Shown piece by piece: positions 43,119-59,100 of a DNA stretch of 64,000 nucleotides (positions are counted from its first letter, which is position 1; each line of letters begins with the position of its first letter). The translations under genes were made by a program, and so were the position numbers. The notes beneath the pieces are model-generated. The model was given only the letters and a program-made list of their open reading frames with translations. It was not told where the DNA came from and made no database searches. The DNA comes from the human T2T-CHM13v2.0 reference genome, Homo sapiens, in assembly GCF_009914755.1 (NCBI RefSeq), contig NC_060925.1; one strand, 5' to 3'.

Positions 43119-44871
43119 ATGGAATCGTCATCGAATGAATTGAATGCAATCATCGAATGGTCTCGAATGGAATCATCTTCTAATGGAAAGCAATGGAATC
43201 ATCGCATAGAATCGAATGGAATTATCATCGAATGGAATCGAATGGTATCAACACCAAACGGAAAAAAACGGAATTATCGAATGGAATCGAAGAGAATCTT
43301 CGAACGGACCCGAATGGAATCATCTAATGGAATGGAATGGAATAATCCATGGACTCGAATGCAATCATCATCGAATGGAATGGAATGGAATCATCGAATG
43401 GACTCGAATGGAATAATCATTGAACGGAATCGAATGGAATCATCATCGGATGGAAACGAATGGAATCATCATCGAATGGAAATGAAAGGAGTCATCATCT
43501 AATGGAATTGCATGGAATCATCATAAAATGGAATCGAATGGAATCAACATCAAATGGAATCAAATGGAATCATTGAACGGAATTGAATGGAATCGTCATC
43601 GAATGAATTGACTGCAATCATCGAATGGTCTCGAATGGAATCATCTTCAAATGGAATGGAATGGAATCATCGCATAGAATCGAATGGAATTATCATCGAA
43701 TGGAATCGAATGGAATCAACATCAAACGGAAAAAAACGGAATTATCGAATGGAATCGAAGAGAATCATCGAATGGACCCGAATGGAATCATCTAATGGAA
43801 TGGAATGGAATAATCCATGGACTCGAATGCAATCATCATCGAATGGAATCGAATGGAATCATCGAATGGACTCGAATGGAATAATCATTGAACGGAATCG
43901 AATGGAATCATCATCGGATGGAAATGAATGGAATCATCATCGAATGGAATCGAATAGAATTATGGAATGAAATCCAGTGTGATCATCATCGAATGGACCC
44001 GAATGGAATCATCATCCAACGGAAGCTAATGGAATCAACATCGAATGAATCGAATGGAAACACCATCGAATTGAAACGAATGGAATTATCATGAAATTGA
44101 AATGGATGGACACATCATCGAATGGATTCGAATGGAATCATCGAATAAAATTGATTGAAATCATCATCAAATGGAATCGAATGGTATCATTGAATGGAAT
44201 CGAATGGAATCATCATCAGATGGAAATGAATGGAATCGTCATAGAATGGAATCGAATGGATTCATTGAATGGAATCAGATGGAATCATCGAATGGACTGG
44301 AATGAAATCATTGAATGGACTCGAAAGGGATCATTATTGAATGGAATTGAATGGAATCATCGAATGGTCTCGATTGGAATCATTATCAAATGGAATCGAA
44401 TGGAACAATCATTGAATGGACTCAAATGAAATTATCCTCAAATGGAATCGAATGGAATTATCGAATGCAATCGAATGGAATTATCAAATGCAATCGAATA
44501 GAATCATCGAATGGACTCGAATGGAATCATCGAATGGAATGGAATGGAACAGTCAATGAACTCGAATGGAATCATCATTGAATGGAATCGAATGGAATCA
44601 TCGAGTGGAATCGAATGGAATTATGATCAAATGGAATCGAATGTAATCATCATCAAATGGAATCAAAAATAACCATCATCAATTGGTATTGAATGGAATT
44701 GTCATCAAATGGAATTCAAAGGAATCATCATCAAATGGAACCGAATGGAATCCTCATTGAATGGAAATGAAAGGGGTCATCATCTAATGGAATCGCATGG
44801 AATCATCATCAAATGGAATCGAATGGAATCATCATCAAATGGAATCTAATGGAATCATTGAACAGAATTGA
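43119..44871 (+). repeat. Variant 1753-bp unit (23-bp deletion at ~44393-44405)
   Basis: Spacing 1753. TCACCGAATAGAATCGAATGGAA is missing between TATCAAATGGAATCGAATGGAA and CAATC. Confidence 0.92.
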
Positions 44872-47800
44872 ATGGAATCGTCATCGAATGAATTGAATGC
44901 AATCATCAAATGGTCTCGAATGGAATCATCTTCTAATGGAAAGGAATGGAATCATCGCATAGAATCGAATGGAATTATCATCGAATGGAATCGAATGGTA
45001 TCAACACCAAACGGAAAAAAACGGAATTATCGAATGGAATCGAAGAGAATCTTCGAACGGACCCGAATGGAATCATCTAATGGAATGGAATGGAATAATC
45101 CATGGACTCGAATGCAATCATCATCGAATGGAATCGAATGGAATCATCGAATGGACTCGAATGGAATAATCATTGAACGGAATCGAATGGAATCATCATC
45201 GGATGGAAATGAATGGAATCATCATCGAATGGAAATGAAAGGAGTCATCATCTAATGGAATTGCATGGAATCATCATAAAATGGAATCGAATGGAATCAA
45301 CATCAAATGGAATCAAATGGAATCATTGAACGGAATTGAATGGAATCGTCATCGAATGAATTGACTGCAATCATCGAATGGTCTCGAATGGAATCATCTT
45401 CAAATGGAATGGAATGGAATCATCGCATAGAATCGAATGGAATTATCATCGAATGGAATCGAATGGAATCAACATCAAACGGAAAAAAACGGAATTATCG
45501 AATGGAATCGAAGAGAATCATCGAATGGACCCGAATGGAATCATCTAATGGAATGGAATGGAATAATCCATGGACTCGAATGCAATCATCATCGAATGGA
45601 ATCGAATGGAATCATCGAATGGACTCGAATGGAATAATCATTGAACGGAATCGAATGGAATCATCATCGGATGGAAATGAATGGAATCATCATCGAATGG
45701 AATCGAATAGAATTATGGAATGAAATCCAGTGTGATCATCATCGAATGGACCCGAATGGAATCATCATCCAACGGAAGCTAATGGAATCAACATCGAATG
45801 AATCGAATGGAAACACCATCGAATTGAAACGAATGGAATTATCATGAAATTGAAATGGATGGACTCATCATCGAATGGATTCGAATGGAATCATCGAATA
45901 AAATTGATTGAAATCATTATCGAATGGAATCGAATGGTATCATTGAATGGAATCGAATGGAATCATCATCAGATGGAAATGAATGGAATCGTCATAGAAT
46001 GGAATCGAATGGATTCATTGAATGGAATCAGATGGAATCATCGAATGGACTGGAATGGAATCATTGAATGGACTCGAAAGGGATCATGATTGAATGGAAT
46101 TGAATGGAATCATCGAATGGTCTCGATTGGAATCATTATCAAATGGAATCGAATGGAATCACCAAATAGAATCGAATGGAACAATCATGGAATGGACTCA
46201 AATGGAATTATCCTCAAATGGAATTGAATGGAATTATCGAATGCAATCGAATGGAATTATCGAATGCAATCGAATAGAATCATCGAAAGGACTCGAATGG
46301 AATCATCGAATGGAATGGAATGGAACAGTCAATGAACTCGAATGGAATCATCATTGAATGGAATCGAATGGAATCATCGAGTGGAATCGAATGGAATTAT
46401 GATCAAATGGAATCGAATGTAATCATCATCAAATGGAATCAAAAATAACCATCATCAATTGGTATTGAATGGAATTGTCATCAAATGGAATTCAAAGGAA
46501 TCATCATCAAATGGAACCGAATGGAATCCTCATTGAATGGAAATGAAAGGGGTCATCATCTAATGGAATCGCATGGAATCATCATCAAATGGAATCGAAT
46601 GGAATCATCATCAAATGGAATCTAATGGAATCATTGAACAGAATTGAATGGAATCGTCATCGAATGAATTGAATGCAATCATCGAATGGTCTCGAATGGA
46701 ATCATCTTCTAATGGAAAGGAATGGAATCATCGCATAGAATCGAATGGAATTATCATCGAATGGAATCGAATGGTATCAACACCAAACGGAAAAAAACGG
46801 AATTATCGAATGGAATCGAAGAGAATCTTCGAACGGACCCGAATGGAATCATCTAATGGAATGGAATGGAATAATCCATGGACTCGAATGCAATCATCAT
46901 CGAATGGAATGGAATGGAATCATCGAATGGACTCGAATGGAATAATCATTGAACGGAATCGAATGGAATCATCATCGGATGGAAACGAATGGAATCATCA
47001 TCGAATGGAAATGAAAGGAGTCATCATCTAATGGAATTGCATGGAATCATCATAAAATGGAATCGAATGGAATCAACATCAAATGGAATCAAATGGAATC
47101 ATTGAACGGAATTGAATGGAATCGTCATCGAATGAATTGACTGCAATCATCGAATGGTCTCGAATGGAATCATCTTCAAATGGAATGGAATGGAATCATC
47201 GCATAGAATCGAATGGAATTATCATCGAATGGAATCGAATGGAATCAACATCAAACGGAAAAAAACGGAATTATCGTATGGAATCGAAGAGAATCATCGA
47301 ATGGACCCGAATGGAATCATCTAATGGAATGGAATGGAATAATCCATGGACTCGAATGCAATCATCATCGAATGGAATCGAATGGAATCATCGAATGGAC
47401 TCGAATGGAATAATCATTGAACGGAATCGAATGGAATCATCATCGGATGGAAATGAATGGAATCATCATCGAATGGAATCGAATAGAATTATGGAATGAA
47501 ATCCAGTGTGATCATCATCGAATGGACCCGAATGGAATCATGATCCAACGGAAGCTAATGGAATCAACATCGAATGAATCGAATGGAAACACCATCGAAT
47601 TGAAACGAATGGAATTATCATGAAATTGAAATGGATGGACTCATCATCGAATGGATTCGAATGGAATCATCGAATAAAATTGATTGAAATCATCATCGAA
47701 TGAAATCGAATGGTATCATTGAATGGAATCGAATGGAATCATCATCAGATGGAAATGAATGGAATCGTCATAGAATGGAATCGAATGGATTCATTGAATG

Positions 47801-48423
47801 GAATCAGATGGAATCATCGAATGGACTGGAATGGAATCATTGAATGGACTCGAAAGGGATCATTATTGAATGGAATTGAATGGAATCATCGAATGGTCTC
47901 GATTGGAATCATTATCAAATGGAATCGAATGGAATCACCGAATAGAATCGAATGGAACAATCATCGAATGGACTCAAATGGAATTATCCTCAAATGGAAT
48001 CGAATGGAATTATCGAATGCAATCGAATGGAATTATCGAATGCAATCGAATAGAATCATCGAATGGACTCGAATGGAATCATCGAATGGAATGGAATGGA
48101 ACAGTCAATGAACTCGAATGGAATCATCATTGAATGGAATCGAATGGAATCATCGAGTGGAATCGAATGGAATTATGATCAAATGGAATCGAATGTAATC
48201 ATCATCAAATGGAATCAAAAATAACCATCATCAATTGGTATTGAATGGAATTGTCATCAAATGGAATTCAAAGGAATCATCATCAAATGGAACCGAATGG
48301 AATCCTCATTGAATGGAAATGAAAGGGGTCATCATCTAATGGAATCGCATGGAATCATCATCAAATGGAATCGAATGGAATCATCATCAAATGGAATCTA
48401 ATGGAATCATTGAACAGAATTGA

Positions 48424-50176
48424 ATGGAATCGTCATCGAATGAATTGAATGCAATCATCGAATGGTCTCGAATGGAATCATCTTCTAATGGAAAGCAATG
48501 GAATCATCGCATAGAATCGAATGGAATTATCATCGAATGGAATCGAATGGTATCAACACCAAACGGAAAAAAACGGAATTATCGAATGGAATCGAAGAGA
48601 ATCTTCGAACGGACCCGAATGGAATCATCTAATGGAATGGAATGGAATAATCCATGGACTCGAATGCAATCATCATCGAATGGAATGGAATGGAATCATC
48701 GAATGGACTCGAATGGAATAATCATTGAACGGAATCGAATGGAATCATCATCGGATGGAAACGAATGGAATCATCATCGAATGGAAATGAAAGGAGTCAT
48801 CATCTAATGGAATTGCATGGAATCATCATAAAATGGAATCGAATGGAATCAACATCAAATGGAATCAAATGGAATCATTGAACGGAATTGAATGGAATCG
48901 TCATCGAATGAATTGACTGCAATCATCGAATGGTCTCGAATGGAATCATCTTCAAATGGAATGGAATGGAATCATCGCATAGAATCGAATGGAATTATCA
49001 TCGAATGGAATCGAATGGAATCAACATCAAACGGAAAAAAACGGAATTATCGAATGGAATCGAAGAGAATCATCGAATGGACCCGAATGGAATCATCTAA
49101 TGGAATGGAATGGAATAATCCATGGACTCGAATGCAATCATCATCGAATGGAATCGAATGGAATCATCGAATGGACTCGAATGGAATAATCATTGAACGG
49201 AATCGAATGGAATCATCATCGGATGGAAATGAATGGAATCATCATCGAATGGAATCGAATAGAATTATGGAATGAAATCCAGTGTGATCATCATCGAATG
49301 GACCCGAATGGAATCATCATCCAACGGAAGCTAATGGAATCAACATCGAATGAATCGAATGGAAACACCATCGAATTGAAACGAATGGAATTATCATGAA
49401 ATTGAAATGGATGGACACATCATCGAATGGATTCGAATGGAATCATCGAATAAAATTGATTGAAATCATCATCAAATGGAATCGAATGGTATCATTGAAT
49501 GGAATCGAATGGAATCATCATCAGATGGAAATGAATGGAATCGTCATAGAATGGAATCGAATGGATTCATTGAATGGAATCAGATGGAATCATCGAATGG
49601 ACTGGAATGAAATCATTGAATGGACTCGAAAGGGATCATTATTGAATGGAATTGAATGGAATCATCGAATGGTCTCGATTGGAATCATTATCAAATGGAA
49701 TCGAATGGAACAATCATTGAATGGACTCAAATGAAATTATCCTCAAATGGAATCGAATGGAATTATCGAATGCAATCGAATGGAATTATCAAATGCAATC
49801 GAATAGAATCATCGAATGGACTCGAATGGAATCATCGAATGGAATGGAATGGAACAGTCAATGAACTCGAATGGAATCATCATTGAATGGAATCGAATGG
49901 AATCATCGAGTGGAATCGAATGGAATTATGATCAAATGGAATCGAATGTAATCATCATCAAATGGAATCAAAAATAACCATCATCAATTGGTATTGAATG
50001 GAATTGTCATCAAATGGAATTCAAAGGAATCATCATCAAATGGAACCGAATGGAATCCTCATTGAATGGAAATGAAAGGGGTCATCATCTAATGGAATCG
50101 CATGGAATCATCATCAAATGGAATCGAATGGAATCATCATCAAATGGAATCTAATGGAATCATTGAACAGAATTGA
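48424..50176 (+). repeat. Second copy of the variant 1753-bp unit
   Basis: Spacing 1753. Same deletion at ~49698-49710 and same linked substitutions, 5305 bp downstream of the first copy. Confidence 0.92.
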
Positions 50177-53100
50177 ATGGAATCGTCATCGAATGAATTG
50201 AATGCAATCATCAAATGGTCTCGAATGGAATCATCTTCTAATGGAAAGGAATGGAATCATCGCATAGAATCGAATGGAATTATCATCGAATGGAATCGAA
50301 TGGTATCAACACCAAACGGAAAAAAACGGAATTATCGAATGGAATCGAAGAGAATCTTCGAACGGACCCGAATGGAATCATCTAATGGAATGGAATGGAA
50401 TAATCCATGGACTCGAATGCAATCATCATCGAATGGAATCGAATGGAATCATCGAATGGACTCGAATGGAATAATCATTGAACGGAATCGAATGGAATCA
50501 TCATCGGATGGAAATGAATGGAATCATCATCGAATGGAAATGAAAGGAGTCATCATCTAATGGAATTGCATGGAATCATCATAAAATGGAATCGAATGGA
50601 ATCAACATCAAATGGAATCAAATGGAATCATTGAACGGAATTGAATGGAATCGTCATCGAATGAATTGACTGCAATCATCGAATGGTCTCGAATGGAATC
50701 ATCTTCAAATGGAATGGAATGGAATCATCGCATAGAATCGAATGGAATTATCATCGAATGGAATCGAATGGAATCAACATCAAACGGAAAAAAACGGAAT
50801 TATCGAATGGAATCGAAGAGAATCATCGAATGGACCCGAATGGAATCATCTAATGGAATGGAATGGAATAATCCATGGACTCGAATGCAATCATCATCGA
50901 ATGGAATCGAATGGAATCATCGAATGGACTCGAATGGAATAATCATTGAACGGAATCGAATGGAATCATCATCGGATGGAAATGAATGGAATCATCATCG
51001 AATGGAATCGAATAGAATTATGGAATGAAATCCAGTGTGATCATCATCGAATGGACCCGAATGGAATCATCATCCAACGGAAGCTAATGGAATCAACATC
51101 GAATGAATCGAATGGAAACACCATCGAATTGAAACGAATGGAATTATCATGAAATTGAAATGGATGGACTCATCATCGAATGGATTCGAATGGAATCATC
51201 GAATAAAATTGATTGAAATCATCATCGAATGGAATCGAATGGTATCATTGAATGGAATCGAATGGAATCATCATCAGATGGAAATGAATGGAATCGTCAT
51301 AGAATGGAATCGAATGGATTCATTGAATGGAATCAGATGGAATCATCGAATGGACTGGAATGGAATCATTGAATGGACTCGAAAGGGATCATTATTGAAT
51401 GGAATTGAATGGAATCATCGAATGGTCTCGATTGGAATCATTATCAAATGGAATCGAATGGAATCACCAAATAGAATCGAATGGAACAATCATCGAATGG
51501 ACTCAAATGGAATTATCCTCAAATGGAATCGAATGGAATTATCGAATGCAATCGAATGGAATTATCGAATGCAATCGAATAGAATCATCGAATGGACTCG
51601 AATGGAATCATCGAATGGAATGGAATGGAACAGTCAATGAACTCGAATGGAATCATCATTGAATGGAATCGAATGGAATCATCGAGTGGAATCGAATGGA
51701 ATTATGATCAAATGGAATCGAATGTAATCATCATCAAATGGAATCAAAAATAACCATCATCAATTGGTATTGAATGGAATTGTCATCAAATGGAATTCAA
51801 AGGAATCATCATCAAATGGAACCGAATGGAATCCTCATTGAATGGAAATGAAAGGGGTCATCATCTAATGGAATCGCATGGAATCATCATCAAATGGAAT
51901 CGAATGGAATCATCATCAAATGGAATCTAATGGAATCATTGAACAGAATTGAATGGAATCGTCATCGAATGAATTGAATGCAATCATCGAATGGTCTCGA
52001 ATGGAATCATCTTCTAATGGAAAGGAATGGAATCATCGCATAGAATCGAATGGAATTATCATCGAATGGAATCGAATGGTATCAACACCAAACGGAAAAA
52101 TACGGAATTATCGAATGGAATCGAAGAGAATCTTCGAACGGACCCGAATGGAATCATCTAATGGAATGGAATGGAATAATCCATGGACTCGAATGCAATC
52201 ATCATCGAATGGAATGGAATGGAATCATCGAATGGACTCGAATGGAATAATCATTGAACGGAATCGAATGGAATCATCATCGGATGGAAACGAATGGAAT
52301 CATCATCGAATGGAAATGAAAGGAGTCATCATCTAATGGAATTGCATGGAATCATCATAAAATGGAATCGAATGGAATCAACATCAAATGGAATCAAATG
52401 GAATCATTGAACGGAATTGAATGGAATCGTCATCGAATGAATTGACTGCAATCATCGAATGGTCTCGAATGGAATCATCTTCAAATGGAATGGAATGGAA
52501 TCATCGCATAGAATCGAATGGAATTATCATCGAATGGAATCGAATGGAATCAACATCAAACGGAAAAAAACGGAATTATCGAATGGAATCGAAGAGAATC
52601 ATCGAATGGACCCGAATGGAATCATCTAATGGAATGGAATGGAATAATCCATGGACTCGAATGCAATCATCATCGAATGGAATCGAATGGAATCATCGAA
52701 TGGACTCGAATGGAATAATCATTGAACGGAATCGAATGGAATCATCATCGGATGGAAATGAATGGAATCATCATCGAATGGAATCGAATAGAATTATGGA
52801 ATGAAATCCAGTGTGATCATCATCGAATGGACCCGAATGGAATCATCATCCAACGGAAGCTAATGGAATCAACATCGAATGAATCGAATGGAAACACCAT
52901 CGAATTGAAACGAATGGAATTATCATGAAATTGAAATGGATGGACTCATCATCGAATGGATTCGAATGGAATCATCGAATAAAATTGATTGAAATCATCA
53001 TCCAATGGAATCGAATGGTATCATTGAATGGAAACGAATGGAATCATCATCAGATGGAAATGAATGGAATCGTCATAGAATGGAATCGAATGGATTCATT

Positions 53101-56100
53101 GAATGGAATCAGATGGAATCATCGAATGGACTGGAATGGAATCATTGAATGGACTCGAAAGGGATCATGATTGAATGGAATTGAATGGAATCATCGAATG
53201 GTCTCGATTGGAATCATTATCAAATGGAATCGAATGGAATCACCGAATAGAATCGAATGGAACAATCATCGAATGGACTCAAATGGAATTATCCTCCAAT
53301 GGAATCGAATGGAATTATCGAATGCAATCGAATGGAATTATCGAATGCAATCGAATAGAATCATCGAATGGACTCGAATGGAATCATCGAATGGAATGGA
53401 ATGGAACAGTCAATGAACTCGAATGGAATCATCATTGAATGGAATCGAATGGAATCATCGAGTGGAATCGAATGGAATTATGATCAAATGGAATCGAATG
53501 TAATCATCATCAAATGGAATCAAAAATAACCATCATCAATTGGTATTGAATGGAATTGTCATCAAATGGAATTCAAAGGAATCATCATCAAATGGAACCG
53601 AATGGAATCCTCATTGAATGGAAATGAAAGGGGTCATCATCTAATGGAATCGCATGGAATCATCATCAAATGGAATCGAATGGAATCATCATCAAATGGA
53701 ATCTAATGGAATCATTGAACAGAATTGAATGGAATCGTCATCGAATGAATTGAATGCAATCATCGAATGGTCTCGAATGGAATCATCTTCTAATGGAAAG
53801 GAATGGAATCATTGCATAGAATCGAATGGAATTATCATCGAATGGAATCGAATGGTATCAACACCAAACGGAAAAAAACGGAATTATCGAATGGAATCGA
53901 AGAGAATCTTCGAACGGACCCGAATGGAATCATCTAATGGAATGGAATGGAATAATCCATGGACTCGAATGCAATCATCATCGAATGGAATGGAATGGAA
54001 TCATCGAATGGACTCGAATGGAATAATCATTGAACGGAATCGAATGGAATCATCATCGGATGGAAACGAATGGAATCATCATCGAATGGAAATGAAAGGA
54101 GTCATCATCTAATGGAATTGCATGGAATCATCATAAAATGGAATCGAATGGAATCCACATCAAATGGAATCAAATGGAATCATTGAACGGAATTGAATGG
54201 AATCGTCATCGAATGAATTGACTGCAATCATCGAATGGGCTCGAATGGAATCATCTTCAAATGGAATGGAATGGAATCATCGCATAGAATCGAATGGAAT
54301 TATCATCGAATGGAATCGAATGGAATCAACATCAAATGGAAAAAAACGGAATTATCGAATGGAATCGAAGAGAATCATCGAATGGACCCGAATGGAATAA
54401 TCTAATGGAATGGAATGGAATAATCCATGGACTCGAATGCAATCATCATCGAATGGAATCGAATGGAATCATCGAATGGACTCGAATGGAATAATCATTG
54501 AACGGAATCGAATGGAATCATCATCGGATGGAAATGAATGGAATCATCATCGAATGGAATCGAATAGAATTATGGAATGAAATCCAGTGTGATCATCATC
54601 GAATGGACCCGAATGGAATCATCATCCAACGGAAGCTAATGGAATCAACATCGAATGAATCGAATGGAAACACCATCGAATTGAAACGAATGGAATTATC
54701 ATGAAATTGAAATGGATGGACTCATCATCGAATGGATTCCAATGGAATCATCGAATAAAATTGATTGAAATCATCATCCAATGGAATCGAATGGTATCAT
54801 TGAATGGAATCGAATGGAATCATCATCAGATGGAAATGAATGGAATCGTCATAGAATGGAATCGAATGGATTCATTGAATGGAATCAGATGGAATCATCG
54901 AATGGACTGGAATGGAATCATTGAATGGACTCGAAAGGGATCATGATTGAATGGAATTGAATGGAATCATCGAATGGTCTCGATTGGAATCATTATCAAA
55001 TGGAATCGAATGGAATCACCGAATAGAATCGAATGGAACAATCATCGAATGGACTCAAATGGAATTATCCTCAAATGGAATCGAATGGAATTATCGAATG
55101 CAATCGAATGGAATTATCGAATGCAATCGAATAGAATCATCGAATGGACTCGAATGGAATCATCGAATGGAATGGAATGGAACAGTCAATGAACTCGAAT
55201 GGAATCATCATTGATTGGAATCGAATGGAATCATCGAGTGGAATCGAATGGAATTATGATCAAATGGAATCGAATGTAATCATCATCAAATGGAATCAAA
55301 AATAACCATCATCAATTGGTATTGAATGGAATTGTCATCAAATGGAATTCAAAGGAATCATCATCAAATGGAACCGAATGGAATCCTCATTGAATGGAAA
55401 TGAAAGGGGTCATCATCTAATGGAATCGCATGGAATCATCATCAAATGGAATCGAATGGAATCATCATCAAATGGAATCTAATGGAATCATTGAACAGAA
55501 TTGAATGGAATCGTCATCGAATGAATTGAATGCAATCATCGAATGGTCTCGAATGGAATCATCTTCTAATGGAAAGGAATGGAATCATCGCATAGAATCG
55601 AATGGAATTATCATCGAATGGAATCGAATGGTATCAACACCAAACGGAAAAAAACGGAATTATCGAATGGAATCGAAGAGAATCTTCGAACGGACCCGAA
55701 TGGAATCATCTAATGGAATGGAATGGAATAATCCATGGACTCGAATGCAATCATCATCGAATGGAATCGAATGGAATCATCGAATGGACTCGAATGGAAT
55801 AATCATTGAACGGAATCGAATGGAATCATCATCGGATGGAAATGAATGGAATCATCATCGAATGGAAATGAAAGGAGTCATCATCTAATGGAATTGCATG
55901 GAATCATCATAAAATGGAATCGAATGGAATCAACATCAAATGGAATCAAATGGAATCATTGAACGGAATTGAATGGAATCGTCATCGAATGAATTGACTG
56001 CAATCATCGAATGGTCTCGAATGGAATCATCTTCAAATGGAATGGAATGGAATCATCGCATAGAATCGAATGGAATTATCATCGAATGGAATCGAATGGA

Positions 56101-59100
56101 ATCAACATCAAACGGAAAAAAACGGAATTATCGAATGGAATCGAAGAGAATCATCGAATGGACCCGAATGGAATCATCTAATGGAATGGAATGGAATAAT
56201 CCATGGACTCGAATGCAATCATCATCGAATGGAATCGAATGGAATCATCGAATGGACTCGAATGGAATAATCATTGAACGGAATCGAATGGAATCATCAT
56301 CGGATGGAAATGAATGGAATCATCATCGAATGGAATCGAATAGAATTATGGAATGAAATCCAGTGTGATCATCATCGAATGGACCCGAATGGAATCATCA
56401 TCCAACGGAAGCTAATGGAATCAACATCGAATGAATCGAATGGAAACACCATCGAATTGAAACGAATGGAATTATCATGAAATTGAAATGGATGGACTCA
56501 TCATCGAATGGATTCGAATGGAATCATCGAATAAAATTGATTGAAATCATCATGCAATGGAATCGAATGGTATCATTGAATGGAATCGAATGGAATCATC
56601 ATCAGATGGAAATGAATGGAATCGTCATAGAATGGAATCGAATGGATTCATTGAATGGAATCAGATGGAATCATCGAATGGACTGGAATGGAATCATTGA
56701 ATGGACTCGAAAGGGATCATGATTGAATGGAATTGAATGGAATCATCGAATGGTCTCGATTGGAATCATTATCAAATGGAATCGAATGGAATCACCGAAT
56801 AGAATCGAATGGAACAATCATCGAATGGACTCAAATGGAATTATCCTCCAATGGAATCGAATGGAATTATCGAATGCAATCGAATGGAATTATCGAATGC
56901 AATCGAATAGAATCATCGAATGGACTCGAATGGAATCATCGAATGGAATGGAATGGAACAGTCAATGAACTCGAATGGAATCATCATTGAATGGAATCGA
57001 ATGGAATCATCGAGTGGAATCGAATGGAATTATGATCAAATGGAATCGAATGTAATCATCATCAAATGGAATCAAAAATAACCATCATCAATTGGTATTG
57101 AATGGAATTGTCATCAAATGGAATTCAAAGGAATCATCATCAAATGGAACCGAATGGAATCCTCATTGAATGGAAATGAAAGGGGTCATCATCTAATGGA
57201 ATCGCATGGAATCATCATCAAATGGAATCGAATGGAATCATCATCAAATGGAATCTAATGGAATCATTGAACAGAATTGAATGGAATCGTCATCGAATGA
57301 ATTGAATGCAATCATCGAATGGTCTCGAATGGAATCATCTTCTAATGGAAAGGAATGGAATCATCGCATAGAATCGAATGGAATTATCATCGAATGGAAT
57401 CGAATGGTATCAACACCAAACGGAAAAAAACGGAATTATCGAATGGAATCGAAGAGAATCTTCGAACGGACCCGAATGGAATCATCTAATGGAATGGAAT
57501 GGAATAATCCATGGACTCGAATGCAATCATCATCGAATGGAATCGAATGGAATCATCGAATGGACTCGAATGGAATAATCATTGAACGGAATCGATTGGA
57601 ATCATCATCGGATGGAAACGAATGGAATCATCATCGAATGGAAATGAAAGGAGTCATCATCTAATGGAATTGCATGGAATCATCATAAAATGGAATCGAA
57701 TGGAATCAACATCAAATGGAATCAAATGGAATCATTGAACGGAATTGAATGGAATCGTCATCGAATGAATTGACTGCAATCATCGAATGGTCTCGAATGG
57801 AATCATCTTCAAATGGAATGGAATGGAATCATCGCATAGAATCGAATGGAATTATCATCGAATGGAATCGAATGGAATCAACATCCAACGGAAAAAAACG
57901 GAATTATCGAATGGAATCGAAGAGAATCATCGAATGGACCCGAATGGAATCATCTAATGGAATGGAATGGAATAATCCATGGACTCGAATGCAATCATCA
58001 TCGAATGGAATCGAATGGAATCATCGAATGGACTCGAATGGAATAATCATTGAACGGAATCGAATGGAATCATCATCGGATGGAAATGAATGGAATCATC
58101 ATCGAATGGAATCGAATAGAATTATGGAATGAAATCCAGTGTGATCATCATCGAATGGACCCGAATGGAATCATCATCCAACGGAAGCTAATGGAATCAA
58201 CATCGAATGAATCGAATGGAAACACCATCGAATTGAAACGAATGGAATTATCATGAAATTGAAATGGATGGACTCATCATCGAATGGATTCGAATGGAAT
58301 CATCGAATAAAATTGATTGAAATCATCATCCAATGGAATCGAATGGTATCATTGAATGGAATCGAATGGAATCATCATCAGATGGAAATGAATGGAATCG
58401 TCATAGAATGGAATCGAATGGATTCATTGAATGGAATCAGATGGAATCATCGAATGGACTGGAATGGAATCATTGAATGGACTCGAAAGGGATCATGATT
58501 GAATGGAATTGAATGGAATCATCGAATGGTCTCGATTGGAATCATTATCAAATGGAATCGAATGGAATCACCGAATAGAATCGAATGGAACAATCATCGA
58601 ATGGACTCAAATGGAATTATCCTCAAATGGAATCGAATGGAATTATCGAATGCAATCGAATGGAATTATCGAATGCAATCGAATAGAATCATCGAATGGA
58701 CTCGAATGGAATCATCGAATGGAATGGAATGGAACAGTCAATGAACTCGAATGGAATCATCATTGAATGGAATCGAATGGAATCATCGAGTGGAATCGAA
58801 TGGAATTATGATCAAATGGAATCGAATGTAATCCTCATCAAATGGAATCAAAAATAACCATCATCAATTGGTATTGAATGGAATTGTCATCAAATGGAAT
58901 TCAAAGGAATCATCATCAAATGGAACCGAATGGAATCCTCATTGAATGGAAATGAAAGGGGTCATCATCTAATGGAATCGCATGGAATCATCATCAAATG
59001 GAATCGAATGGAATCATCATCAAATGGAATCTAATGGAATCATTGAACAGAATTGAATGGAATCGTCATCGAATGAATTGAATGCAATCATCGAATGGTC

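Larger units (their letters stand above)
40600..51470 (+). repeat. Tandem duplication of a three-unit (5305-bp) block
   Basis: Variants recur at +5305: ATCATGATCC (ORFs 42112/47417), AAAGCAAT (43119/48424), 23-bp deletion (44393/49698), ATCAAATGGTC (44872/50177), CACCAAATAG (40789/46094/51399). Boundaries are approximate. Confidence 0.88.
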
